The notes under the pieces were generated by a model that was not told the DNA's origin, searched no databases, and saw nothing but the letters and a program-made list of their open reading frames with translations. Shown in pieces: positions 37,901 to 49,800 of a stretch of 64,000 nucleotides of DNA. Both the position numbers and the translations under genes were made by a program. The DNA lies in the IMG/VR virus record IMGVR_UViG_3300034101_004323, positions 20,088 to 84,087 of that record; one strand, 5' to 3'. The stretch comes from a virus. Numbering within the stretch: position 1 is the first letter of the stretch; each line of letters begins with the position of its first letter.

Positions 37901-40833
37901 TCTCCTGTTGGAGCACCATTATTTAACCAATTGATAAATCTTAATGAGCTCAGATAATTAATATAAACTACTGGTAAATTCAACATACCATCTTTAGCAG
38001 AGTATGCGAATGGAGTTATAGAACCATCGCCAGTTCTTAGAATACCACCATAAATTGTACCAGACATTCTTGGGTCATATAAACCATTAGCCGATATTCC
38101 CGTTGCAACAGCATTTAGGAAAGAAATATATTGTTTATTTGTTATTTCTTTTTCAGAAATAGAGAATGGATATGGGACCGATCCTAAATTAGTTTTATTT
38201 ATTGGGTTTGGTTCTGCTTTTATAGTAAATCTATTAGTATAAGATTCTGTATATAAAGCAGATTCGTCAGATGGATTATATATATCCTCTACGCTAGTGA
38301 ATTTAAACTGCATACTATCATTAATAGAATTATTGCTAAATCCTGCTTTGGAACAAATTCTAAAACCAACATCATCAAAACCAGATAATCTTGGTGTTGG
38401 AACATAACTTCTTAATCCGTTGGGATCCAAAGTTCTCCATGAACCACCGCAAACATATTGCATTGAATTAGCAGAAGATATCTTTTGATCATCTTCAGTC
38501 CATTCATAAACATTACCGTTTTGATCATATGTTCCATAAAAGCTTTTTCTACCATTTGTACCAACAACACTCAACATTCCTGACCAATAAGAAGAACCCT
38601 GAGTATATGCTGCTTCTTGAAAATTTACAGTATTATTAGATCCTCCTGCTCCGTTACCATTAATAGAAATTTTAACTGGAATAGGATCAATAGCCAATCC
38701 ATCAGAATTTTCAAGTTGTGTTGCATACTGGAAATATTTACCTGATGGTTTGGTGTTAAGAGTAGCTTGGGCAAAAACATTAATAGCTGGAATATCGCCC
38801 ACACCATAAACTAAAAAGTCTATATTCTTTTTTGTTGTATTAAAAATTGTTGGAACATTGGGTCTGGTGCTTAATTGAATAGCTGTTGCATCAGAAGCAA
38901 CATTTGAAGTATATAATTCATTTCTTAATATTCCTCCTCTTGTAATAGAGAATATACTAAGATCACCAGACAAATTAACACTGTTTTCTACTACTAGGCC
39001 AGTAATTTCATCATTTGTAACAAATATATCTTCAATAATATTATAAGAGATAGTATTATCTACAATATTATTTATAGCGATTTGATCTCCAATAGCAAAT
39101 TCTTCTGTAGATGCTGGAGTGATTAAATCTATTTCTTTTGTTGTTTTACCAATACATACTTGTCCAGATCTACTAGGATATCTTGTCCAAGATAAATCTT
39201 TTCCTCCTAATCTCACAGTACCTGTTTCATATGGCCAAAAATCTGAAATATTAAATTGAGATACAACGGTTCCTCCGTCTGTTGTGGTCAAAACCTTTCC
39301 AGCGCTTTGATTTCCTAGTCCTGGAATTTTAAATCCAGTAGTTGCTACGACTCTTTGAGAAGCATCTAAACATAATAATTGATCTGTTTGAGTAATATAT
39401 GGCAATCTTAATGAGTTTAAAACAGATACTATTCCTGTGGTTGTTATATTTGAAGCTCTAATACCAACACTTCCGTCGTTTCCTGTTGTTGCTATAGAAA
39501 TATTAGATGATTTTAATTGTATACTACTATTATCAAAAACTATACTATCACCAGATGATGATACTTCTATTCTACCATTACCATTTGATATTATTGTAGA
39601 GTCAGGATGACTAGTTAATGTTGTTTTAGTAGAATTACCATCTGATACAATTAAACTAATTTGCCCATCATTATTTGCTAATGATTTAGTGTTTGCTTCA
39701 ATGGAAGCATAAGTAATTTTAGCCCCGGTACTATTTTTAGCAGAAAAAGAGACTTTGCCTATAACATTATTATCTGCATTGGTTAATGCGTATGGATTCT
39801 TATATAAAGCTATATGAGCTGGAAAATCACATGATGATTTATTTTCTAATCTTATATCTTCTTGGCATATATTATTAATAATATGAAAAACTGTTGCTGG
39901 TTTTATACCAGATGGCATATTTAAACCAAAACGACCATCATGTGTAAAAATTAAATTTCTAGATGGATAATTGGGTAAATTACCACTACCATATACTATA
40001 AAGTTTCCTGATTCTTTAGTTTGATTAAATATTGTATCAAATGTTCCTGATGATGGTAGTATAACTTTAGCAGAGCTCTCTGTTGCTGAACCTAATAAGA
40101 TTTTATTATTATTACCTATATAAGCGTTAGCTCCTGCAAAAGATCCACTATTATTATATTGTAATGATCTATCATCTCCATTAGGATTACTTTGTGCTGA
40201 AAAGATGTTCTCGTTATCATTAAACGATAAAGAGCCGACATTACTATTATTGGTATTTAGTACCACCCAATCCAGCCCTGTTGAAATTATAGAAGCATAA
40301 TCATCATTAGATAAAGATAGTAAGGTTTTATTATTATATTTTATTCCTAATGATCCTGATCCTACAATCTTAAAAAATACTTCTAATGCTTTATTTTTTG
40401 AAGCATCTATCAAGTCTGCTTCTATGTATCCTGTAGAGGTATCAACAATATATACCGTTTTAACATTATTAATAGTGAAACTATTATTTTGAAATGAAAT
40501 ATTATTAAAGCCAGTGTTAAAATTTAATGAATTAACAAATAAATAGAACTGTTTAGAGCCTTTAGAGGAAAAATTCACCATGCTATTCTGGTTCGATGAA
40601 GATACTACGCTTCTATCAGCAACAACAATGGCCGAATCATTTTTTTGTATAATTCCTACTCCAACTTCCCATTCTATGTTAGAATTATCTATTATATTTC
40701 GTGCTAAATATGGTATACTTGATCCAACATGAGTATCATTTAAATTATTATATCCTGGTAAATTATTTAAAATTACAAAATTATTGTTATTATTTATTGT
40801 AAAAACACATCCTATATTATCGAATATGTGCAT
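34930..40833 (-). CDS. Tail fibre/adhesin (1967 aa) with permuted FGE-sulfatase (C-type lectin fold) domain and two C-terminal FN3 domains
   Basis: EWEVGVG...VVSSSN fibre N-terminus; LQYNNSGSFAG; YGTYDQNGNVYEW, GGSW, GFRI, EITNKQY, LPSLNEWHKAAY; FN3 LEWQAPEDNGG...YRFRVIAIN and LSWTAPANDG...YFFKIVATN. Confidence 0.8.
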   Translation of the reverse strand: MHIFDNIGCVFTINNNNNFVILNNLPGYNNLNDTHVGSSIPYLARNIIDNSNIEWEVGVGIIQKNDSAIVVADRSVVSSSNQNSMVNFSSKGSKQFYLFVNSLNFNTGFNNISFQNNSFTINNVKTVYIVDTSTGYIEADLIDASKNKALEVFFKIVGSGSLGIKYNNKTLLSLSNDDYASIISTGLDWVVLNTNNSNVGSLSFNDNENIFSAQSNPNGDDRSLQYNNSGSFAGANAYIGNNNKILLGSATESSAKVILPSSGTFDTIFNQTKESGNFIVYGSGNLPNYPSRNLIFTHDGRFGLNMPSGIKPATVFHIINNICQEDIRLENKSSCDFPAHIALYKNPYALTNADNNVIGKVSFSAKNSTGAKITYASIEANTKSLANNDGQISLIVSDGNSTKTTLTSHPDSTIISNGNGRIEVSSSGDSIVFDNSSIQLKSSNISIATTGNDGSVGIRASNITTTGIVSVLNSLRLPYITQTDQLLCLDASQRVVATTGFKIPGLGNQSAGKVLTTTDGGTVVSQFNISDFWPYETGTVRLGGKDLSWTRYPSRSGQVCIGKTTKEIDLITPASTEEFAIGDQIAINNIVDNTISYNIIEDIFVTNDEITGLVVENSVNLSGDLSIFSITRGGILRNELYTSNVASDATAIQLSTRPNVPTIFNTTKKNIDFLVYGVGDIPAINVFAQATLNTKPSGKYFQYATQLENSDGLAIDPIPVKISINGNGAGGSNNTVNFQEAAYTQGSSYWSGMLSVVGTNGRKSFYGTYDQNGNVYEWTEDDQKISSANSMQYVCGGSWRTLDPNGLRSYVPTPRLSGFDDVGFRICSKAGFSNNSINDSMQFKFTSVEDIYNPSDESALYTESYTNRFTIKAEPNPINKTNLGSVPYPFSISEKEITNKQYISFLNAVATGISANGLYDPRMSGTIYGGILRTGDGSITPFAYSAKDGMLNLPVVYINYLSSLRFINWLNNGAPTGDMVSSSTTEDGSYNISESAGVISVTRKKDAGYWLPSLNEWHKAAYFMPLPNESISTSGSAVTISRVEPFEYASGLVSTLSVGGNIYADSLSLGSSGNKLLSANISNSNYNIKFGGDDTVVEVDPLSSITGAFGTFISNTGIVFATTGNTVFINKINPLSLVRFTPNRTEFYQDLFIGSGLNGGGIKISSSGGLEYVGADGNVIPGGMFPGPSGGFLFKVDDTNVVSSEHFKSEYMVVSSTDGDGNITSSTGLYPVLNGTPEGSIIHNSDQGYLTASNWFGVGLAPSQASSLGNYVVGIYKPSGETADGQNELPPALYTDRIFVGPLVPGFSGSILTHNGTGPALWQQPDYLSAPGVSWTRYPRRAIEFIGAGVGGTIDRFKFISLDESKGGTGGINLSDIQKEFAYNETIAIYNQNRDVFYVKVANISLVDARDADGAKDFFTNEIDLVVTVCPPIPEDFYGTSQLVLGQGDEDNGRYVGYAFSVQKGGYLEMKIEPDAIEGFTCDGLSANSEYRFKPSTINTISIRPNIYTTFNKIAEDIDFIVYGHRKTLFTRYEPEWFAINENGVPSGLTPAFRVHASIPNSVLGSLESGIFRKTTIIENQIAVRATGIYLDVKPKITINTNTPYAITTLNGVYEGIISYGANAEENLALEKAYGMEISSTGVAISGSLPLSTYADLSVDGYTYSSGLITKELVLNPVWTGSVPVPYEESLNKKLYVPNYPLTINTFGQIVSLIPPPNPQLPGKPTDLIATPKYNAVVLEWQAPEDNGGRDIYAYLVEYYSDIAEDWLPLESEQITTDGLPLVSNPATYRYVSNLFSTTSYRFRVIAINTVGKSEPSDPTPNVTPSSDFPSKPQTFSVTRNQYDALLSWTAPANDGLSARNGYIVYYWLDDGVTPIGQFSWITYNGSVSASATSLVVDNIPENNTYFFKIVATNSYGDSEPSEIRSIGTDGDPRSTVTEDTSTFGTDSFDFSGGPSGLGMMFTGVCY

Positions 40834-40856
40834 ATTTAAAACTCATGATTAAAGGT

Positions 40857-43800
40857 TTATACTTGAAAAGGATTAATTAGTGGAGATCCTGCTATTTGAT
40901 TTGCTGCTGCTAGTTCAGCAAACTTTTCTTGTATCACTGACATAGCAATATCTTGTAAATCCGGGGACAGCTTATTCAATGCGGCATCTCCATTAATTAT
41001 CACATTATGAGTATGTGTTACTGTTATAGTTATTTCCTGTGGTATTGCACTTAATCCGGCCAAAGTATCAGCTACGCTCTTAAGTCTGTTGGTAAATTCA
41101 CCAATCTTATTAAGAGTATCCGAGTCAATAGAAGATACACCATTTGATGGCGCTGCTGCCGTTTGACCGCTCATTGCTTGGACGGCATTCTGAAAAGCTA
41201 ATGTAATAGAACTACTAATTTGGCCAACTATATTACCCATATAGGAGGACAAATCAAACATTTTATTTCCACCAGTTACACCTCCTGCTGTTTCATAATA
41301 ATTTGGAGTTATTATTCCACCATTAGATAAATAATTAACAATGCCACCTCTTGTATAATATCCGTCATTAATAGCTTTTAGTACTGGTAGATGTTTTTGT
41401 GTTGCTTTACGATTAATAACAAATTCGCCAGGAGTTAACATGGCAGGAACAGTATCAGTTCCACGAGGTTGATAATTTACAAGAGTTCCATTCTTGGCAT
41501 ATACTGGCACTCGTCCCCCTGTTGCAAAGTTTTTAACACCAGAAAATACATTTCCAGCCCCTTCTTGATTTTGATCATTCTTTTTTTGTTGTTCTTCTTT
41601 TAGATTAGCTGATGCTCTTATTAGAGCTTCTACTTGATCAGCATGAAGAGTATCTCGTCCATTTTCTAAGTTTAAGTCTCTTTTATAAGCATGCGCAAAA
41701 CTATTCCAGTGAATTTTTCCATTATCGCTTGATATTGCTTTTAAAGAATCTACAAAATATTTATAACCATAACCCACATTATTCTCATTCCATGGAATGA
41801 CAGCATTCTTATCATCAGACTCTCCGGTTTTTAGTCCTGTATTAAGTAGTGTATCAAAAGCTCTAAAATAAAGCCAAATATCTTTTAATCTAGTTTCTTT
41901 TTCTTTTTTGAGATCGTCTGGTAAAAGATCCTCTCCGTATTCATTTTTTCCTCTAAAATAAAATTTTCGTAATTTATCAATAAGCTCACTTCTATCTTCA
42001 GAATTTGGAAAAATTCTTTGAGGATCTAAAGCAACTTCCATTAATCTATTCCAACTATCAGGAAGTGCTTGTTCTGCACTTTCTACTTTACCAGCTCCTT
42101 TGGTTCCAAAAGTATAAGAATCGCCCTTTAACTTATCGTCTTTGGTTTGTATGAATTTAGTACTAGTTCGTTTTGTCATATTTGACATTATTTGTCTATT
42201 TATTATTTTTTGTAATAAATCTTGACTAACATTCATTCTGTTCCAATATTTAATATAATCTTCACCCAAATCAGTTTTTCCCATTACAGCATTACTTATA
42301 ATCTTTGTTTTGTTTCGATCATCTGGATCAGCAACTACCCTTGTTTCAGGGAAGCTCTCATCAGACAAATTTACTCCAAGATCTTGTAAAGTTTGTGTGC
42401 TATTTGTATCTTTCAGATTATATATTTCAGCAAAAACTGCTCTCCAAGCATCTATCCTTTCTCTTTCATAATTTCCAGGAAGTAAAGATGTTGGTATTTT
42501 TGATCCTATATTAGCAGCAGCATTTCCAATATCAGCAACACTTGTCATTTCTTTACCTATTGAGGAACTCACTAGGGGTGGTACATCATCACCAAGTCTT
42601 GCTAACCTATAGAACTCTCTTGCTAAAGTTACTTTTTTAGCATCATCAATCTTGGCATATTCTCCTATACTAAAATCAGTTTTAGCATATGATAATGCTG
42701 TTTCATTCTTGATTTTTTCCATATTAGCTTCACGAGCTTTGAAAAATTCATCTAGATTCAAGTCTAATGTTTCGTTAGATATAAAAGATTCACTACCAAA
42801 TTTTGAATCATAAATAGGACTATATGGAATTCCATTACTAGCTGATAGATTCGGAATTTCGCGGTAGTCTGTGCCTCCTCCCAGTATGTAGTGGTCTACA
42901 TAGTCATCTAAACGAGATTCTGGCAAGCCTAATGTATTATCACTTATTCCAAGAAACGGATTAAAAGGTCTCATCTTCTCATCATTTCCTTGCGGTGGAA
43001 TTATTACATGCGGTTCCTTTACTCCTAATTCTTCAAAAGATTTTCCAAATCTTTTTTCATTTTCCAAATATAATCTACTCTTAGGATCATATTTGATATA
43101 ACTAAATTTGACACCATTCTTGTCATAGTTTCCTGGTGATCTTATTACTGGTTGTTGCACCATATCTGGTGATGTTACAGCTTCTCTGAAAATCTCATCA
43201 TAGTCATCCAAACTTAAATTAGCATCAGTCCATCTAAAATATTTAACAGTTCCATCTTTATTAATTCCAAGCATATCGGTTTTTTCTTCATCGCTGTACT
43301 GAAATTTTTGTTCTCCATCTTCTGCCTTCTTTGTGTTTAATGCTGCTAATTTAGCTTGATATTCTGTCCATCTGCCACTAATAGCTTCATTATAAGCTGT
43401 AATAGGGGCTAAAGGAGATCCAGCCATTGCTGAAGGTTCTATAACGGGCTTATCTAATTTTATAGATGCTACTGTTCCATTATATAAATTAACTAAATCG
43501 CTAACATTCTGTTTATTTCCTAAAGATTCTTTTGTTTCGCTCTCAAATTTCTCTGAAAGTAAAGCATCTTGATATCGTAATGCTGTCAATCTGATATTTT
43601 GGGCTAATTGTAGCGTTGCTATACTTTCCGTCTGATAATCTTGTATAACATTAGAAAAATTTGCCATTCCGTTTGGTGGCTCATGTTTAATCGTTTGTCC
43701 CTCGAAGTCGAACCTGCCACCTTCCATACCCTCTTTTCTTATAAAATTTTCTTTACCAGATACAATAGGAAAGTTCTTTTCTCTTCCAAAACCATCAGCT

Positions 43801-46800
43801 CTAAAACCAATAATATTACCAACAGGACTATTCTTTGCTTTTGCATAAAGATCGTCTCGTTGTTCCTTTCGGATAAAATAATAATAACTATTATCTTTTG
43901 AGGCTAATCCTTTAATTTCTGCTGATCCATCAGCATAAGAAGTAAAAGAAGGATTTAATGATGGTACCTTACTTGGTGTGTCTAATTTTACTTTAACTCC
44001 GTCAATAGTCGCTTCTCGACCACTTACTTCGCTCACTTCGGTTAAAGACTTAACAATCATATCCAAATTAGCTAAGACATCAGGTTTTTCTGTTTTTTTA
44101 ATTTTTCTGGTCTTTGGATCAACAGGATTAAAAATATGCTGATCAAATGTATTTTTTATTGGAATACCACCCCATCCCCAATTCCCAGAACTGTTATTAA
44201 CAGCTCCAAAAGCCACATTATCTTTTGTGTTTTGACCTAATTTTGCCTGTTGCTTTATACTATCATAACCCCATCCAAATACTGGCATAGTATTAAAAGT
44301 TGGAGAACCAGAATACATAAATTTGCCATCGGTTCCTTTTTTAGGAACCAAAATATCATTTCTAGGTACTGGTTCTGTAGCATAAAACGAACCTTGAAAG
44401 GTAGACCAATTTTCAGTTTTACTTTTTACAGTATCTTCTGATAATGGTTTGTCATCATTAATAATAGGATATTCTTTATTTGATTCTTTTTCAACAATTG
44501 ATGTTCTAGCAAATGATTGTCTAGCAGACTCTGCTGCATCTTTCGGAGCAAAACCTCCAGTAACAACATAACCTCCATCAGCATAATATTTAACTTTACC
44601 ACCATTACTATAATTTCCACTATTAATATTCTTTAATAATGGAAGATGTTTTTGCGTAGCACTTCTATTAACAACAAATTCTCCCGGTGTTAACATAGCA
44701 GGAACAGTATCTGTTCCTTTGGGCTGAAAATTTACCATTTGTCCAGCAGAAGCATAGATGATACCACCATTTGCTTTTCCTGGAGCCATAGCTGCCGGGT
44801 TCTTTTCAACAATAATTCTTAATTGTTTTATTTCGTTTGCGATATCTTTAAGTTGAGCATTTTCAAAAGTGAATGGAACGCTTCTCATTGCTGATACTAA
44901 TTTTGCTGCTGCTATTTCTGCTGTATTTTGGTTCATTAATCTAACAATATTACCTAATTCAGTATTGGCTAATGATTGTGCATCAACAGCTTTTTTGTAT
45001 GCAGTAATAGCTTCTTGCATCTCTGGATCACCTTCTGGATTTCTTAGAGATTGCAAAACATCAGCCATCATAGGATTAATTCCAACTCCGCTCTCTATTA
45101 ACATGCTCTCAAGAACATTGGCTTTCATACCATTCTGTTTTTCGCCTAAAAATGGTGCTATCATATTAAATGCATCTAAACTTTCTTTTCTTTGATCAGC
45201 ACTACTGCCAAAATTAATACCACCTTGCATATTATTATTTAATCTATCCATAGCTCTATTTAATTGACTAAGTTCTTGAGGACTACTGGTTACCAACCTC
45301 TCAGCCATATTTACGCCAGCTTGACGTTTTTGCTGTATCTCATTAATCTTGGACATAGCAATACTGGCCATCTCCGTATTATCAGCCATACTCTTTAACG
45401 CATCATAATTTTCTCTTAATGCAATATTCGTATTTCTTAAACGATCTTGCATCATCATGAATTCGTCTGTTCCAGCATATCCTCTTTGTCCAGCAGTATT
45501 ACTCATGCTTTGTTGAGTTGCTCTTTGAGTTTCTAATGTTCTAACATTCTGAGCAATGAGAGCAGGATTTGTTTGTCCTCCTGTTTGAGCTTTAACTCCG
45601 GCCAAAGAAGCATCAAGTTGTTGCCTTAATGAAATTTCTTTACCAAGAGCTTTGTCTAGCTCCATCTGTCCTCTTACTTGTATATCCGAAGCTCGTCTGA
45701 ATCGTGAATTAGCTTCAATTGAAGACTCTACCATTTGATTCATAGCATTTGAATAATCATTCAAATTATTTTGCCAATGTTCTAATGCTTTTATAGCAGC
45801 TTCTTGTGCTTTCCTTGTAGAATCCATAATATTTCCAAGTTGTGGAATTTTTTCCATTAAATCTCCAAAATCAATTTTTTCATCACGCTTTTGGCGAATT
45901 TGTCCTATGGCAGCATTGACTTCTTGACTTAATTTATTATTAATATCTTTTGGTAATTTAAGTTTAGTTAAAGCTTCTTCTATATTATTTTGAATTTTTA
46001 TACCAATTTTTTCATTACCAGCATTTGGATCTTCTTTAATTGTTTTATTAATAGTAGACATTATGGTATCTTGTAATGTGCCACCAGCTTGTAATAATCC
46101 TTTCATATCACCAGATTCTGATCCAAACATATTTGCTGCGTTTTGTGATGCTTCTGCTCTTTGTGTTTTATTATATGCATTTGGATTTTGTAACACATTA
46201 ATACTTTTGAGTGATACTTGACCAGCTTTAGCATTACCAGATAAAGCACTTGCTGATAATTCTGCTTGTTGACTTAAATTATTTAATTCAAAAACATTTC
46301 GACCAATAGCTTGTTCCATATTCTGGAACATTCTTGTTAAACTATTTTGCAAATGATTAGCAGATTTTGACAATTCCTCTAACTTCATTTGTTTTAGTGT
46401 TGTTGCTTGTATTTCTCGTGCTTTTCTTTCTCCCTGTATGGAAATAATAGATTCTTTTTTAGCATTTTTCTCTTCTTGTGTAAGACCTATAGAATTTTGT
46501 ATATTCAGTATTTGTTCTTGGACAGCAGCATCTGCCAAGGCTAAACTTCTTGTTAACTTGGTAAAATCTGGTGTTCCGGCCACATCTTTGATCTGAGTGC
46601 CTGATCTTATTTTTTCTTCAATAAGTTGAGAAGAAATCTGCGCTGTACCAGCATAGTCTTTTGCTGCTTCTACTGATTTTTTAGGAATCATTGTTGCAAA
46701 TAGTTTTTGCTGTTTCTCAGCAGCACCACCACCAAAAGTAGCAGAAAAATAATCACTCATCCCTTTTTCAAATAGTATATCTGATCTTTCTGATGATCCT

Positions 46801-49800
46801 TCTCCAGTATCGAACAAATTGGCAAAACCTCGACGAGCTCTGGATTTTTCTTTTTGTACCTGATCTGCCATTCCTGTAGACTTACCAATTTGTTGTTCTA
46901 CTACTCTTTGTTTAACTTCATTTTTCATGTCTTTCTTGAATTCTTCAAAAGCTTTTCCTGTTGTTTCTAAAGATGCTTCTAGATTTTTGGAAGCTAATGA
47001 AATTGCCATTTCTCTAGCAGCATTCTCAGCATCTATAAAAGCTTTTGTCATTCCAATAACTGCTGTTACAGCTGCGGCTGCTGGACCAGCAAAAGCGGCT
47101 ATGCCTCCCATTCCTTGTGTCATCTCACCAACCATTGATCCCATCATCAAACTGCTTCCAACTGTTGTTGCGGCTCCCTGAGTCAGGGTTTGATTATATG
47201 CTCCTGATGTTGTGGTTGGAGCTCCTCCGCTAAACATATCAGTTAGCATGGGAATCAGAAAACTTGCTGTCATTGCTCTGCCCATCATATTTCCACCACC
47301 TCCACCAGAGCCACCACCTCCACCGACTCCTCCAGAGCCACTACCATTTTTGCCGCCTCTAGCTGCTGCTAATATTTGATTAGTGCTCATACCAGCAGCA
47401 GCACCCAAGCCTACTCCTGCTGTTCTATTTGCTGCTTGTATTGCAGTTGCTTGTGCTCCTCCTTTTCCGTATCCTGCTGCTTGTAAAGTAGCTTTTTTAG
47501 CTGCTGCAACATCAGCTTTGGATTGACCGCTCATCGCTGCTGTATCAGCAGAACTAGTACCAAAAACCGAAACTCGACGAGTTGCTCTGCCAAATGCTCC
47601 TGTTCCTGTAGGTATATCTGATGTCATTCCTCTTATATCATCCATTGCTTGTCTAGCTTGAGTACCCTGTCTTCTTACTCCTAATAAAGTTTCAGCACCA
47701 CCTGTTCTATTTTTTCTATATGCTGTTGCTGAATCATCTAAGCTTTTTGCTGTTTTACGTGCCGCATCTCTTAGTGCTCCTAGTGGATCAGCTAATAAAT
47801 TTTGTCTAAAAGATCCTAAAGCTGTTGCAGCATCTCCTAATGTTTTTCCAAATCTTGCTTGATTTTGCTGTTTTCTTTCTGTATCAGCAACAGCCATTTG
47901 TGTTAATGTATTTCTTTTTAATCTGCTTCGTTCTCTTTCTCTCCTAGGATCAGAAGCTGAAAAACGACTATCAACATCTGCATCTATTTGACGCATTCTA
48001 GCTTGTCCTCTAACTGTTGATCTTTTTTCTCTCAATATTTGATATCCTTCTGGATTCCTAGCTAAATTTCTTCCTAATGTATTTACATTATAAAATCCTG
48101 TGCTTGATGCTGCATTATCAATCATACTTTGTGCATTTGCTCTTCTTGCTTCTTGTCTTCTTTTTTTTGCTTCTGATGATAATCTTCTTCTCTCAGCTTC
48201 TTCTCGTCTTCTTTGAGCTTCAGGGTCAATCTCGGCAGTAGCTAAAGGTTCCCATGAACCTCTTGCAAACTTCTGAACAACTCCGCCACTATGATACTTA
48301 GGCAACTTGTTTAATGCTGTAAACCCACCCTTATTAAGTTTGTCAAGATTATTATAACCTAGATCTTGGGCAGAATTTTTATTAATAACATATTCACCCT
48401 CTTTAGCCATAATGGGTATTTCGCCACCAGATGCTTTTTTAACTACCGAGCTTTTTTGTTTTATTTTATCCGGAGCTTTAAAATATGAACTTTGTAATGC
48501 CCAAGCATCAGCTCTTAAAGAAGCTTCTTCAGCAGATTCACCTGGACCACCGTGATATGGTGGCCATTCTGATTTTGGTCCCTTTAATCTAGGATCAAGT
48601 AAATTACTTGCTGTCCAATATTGTTTTGGTAGTGGAGTTTTAAATACGTCTTTACGAGTTAGAAAATAACGTTTCCATACCCCTTTAGCAGCAGGAGTAA
48701 CACTACCTCTATCTGATGTTAATCTTCCACCAGATTCTGCTACTGATTCCATAAGAGTATCATATAATCCACGAGGCGCAAATCCTTTGGTAGCATTAGC
48801 AAAACTAACAGCAAATAATTTTGGCCCTATCTTATTAGCTTTAACGGTCCCAAATCTTTCTTTCTCATATAATTTACCAGTAAATGCTGCTGTAACTTCT
48901 CCTTCTTCTGGTTTTCCATATAAACCAATTTTACCATATGCTCTTCCACCACCTCTTATTTTTCCTTTTTCTATAGCGTCTCGTCTTTTTTGTAGAAGAT
49001 CTAATTCCTCCATTTCTTGTTGTGTTTTATCTTTCTTATACATCAGAGAGACTAATCTTCCACTATCTGGTGCAGCATTTGCTAAACCTGTGTATCCGCC
49101 TTTTGCATGTTTTTTTAGTCTAGGTCTATATCCTTCTGCTCTTAAAGCTTTCTGTTCTGATGTTAAGCCTTCGTATTCTCCCATGCTTCCGCCACGACGT
49201 TCTACTGCGCTTTGTATTCTTTGTCTTTTTTCTTCTACTGCTTTATCTCTTCTTTCTTGTTCTGCATAGATCTTTTTTGATGGTAGTAATCCCAATTTCT
49301 TGCTTATGTCCCAATCTGGAAGAGCATAGTCTTTCCATCTATTGTCTAGTCTTTCCTCTAATTTAGCTGTTAATTGTTCTGGTGTCATACCTAGAATATT
49401 AGCTCGTGCAGCAATATCAGCCGGAGAGTATTTTCCTCTTACCCAATCACCCTCAGAATATCCGGACCTAGATTTTATAAAGTTTTTTATATTACTAACT
49501 ATTTTGCCTTTTGGTCCTGTTAATGTTCGTTTAGCGTCAACAGGTGTTCTGGCCAATAATGGATTATTAAACCAGTTTGTTGCTATTTTACTTCCTATAC
49601 CATAAGGAAAGTCTATACTACTATGCTTTTCGCTATCTTTACTCATTGCTGTCCAAATATTAGCAGCGGCCGGATCTTTCGATATGATTTGCCTTATTTC
49701 TTCTTCAAAAGCATTTCCTTGAGTATCTGCTATGCCTTTTCTGGTTGCTCTACCCATAGACGATTTAGTTTTTTTGTATAAAAATGATTTTATGCCAGAT

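Noticed and set aside
38340-38470. Active diversity-generating retroelement
   Set aside because: No reverse transcriptase and no second copy (template repeat) of this segment were seen in the window. One elsewhere in the genome cannot be excluded.
47290-47345. CCACC-rich repeat (also GGAGTT x3 near 60080-60100)
   Set aside because: These encode a Gly/Ser linker in the TMP and a Pro-Thr linker, and are not independent DNA repeat elements.
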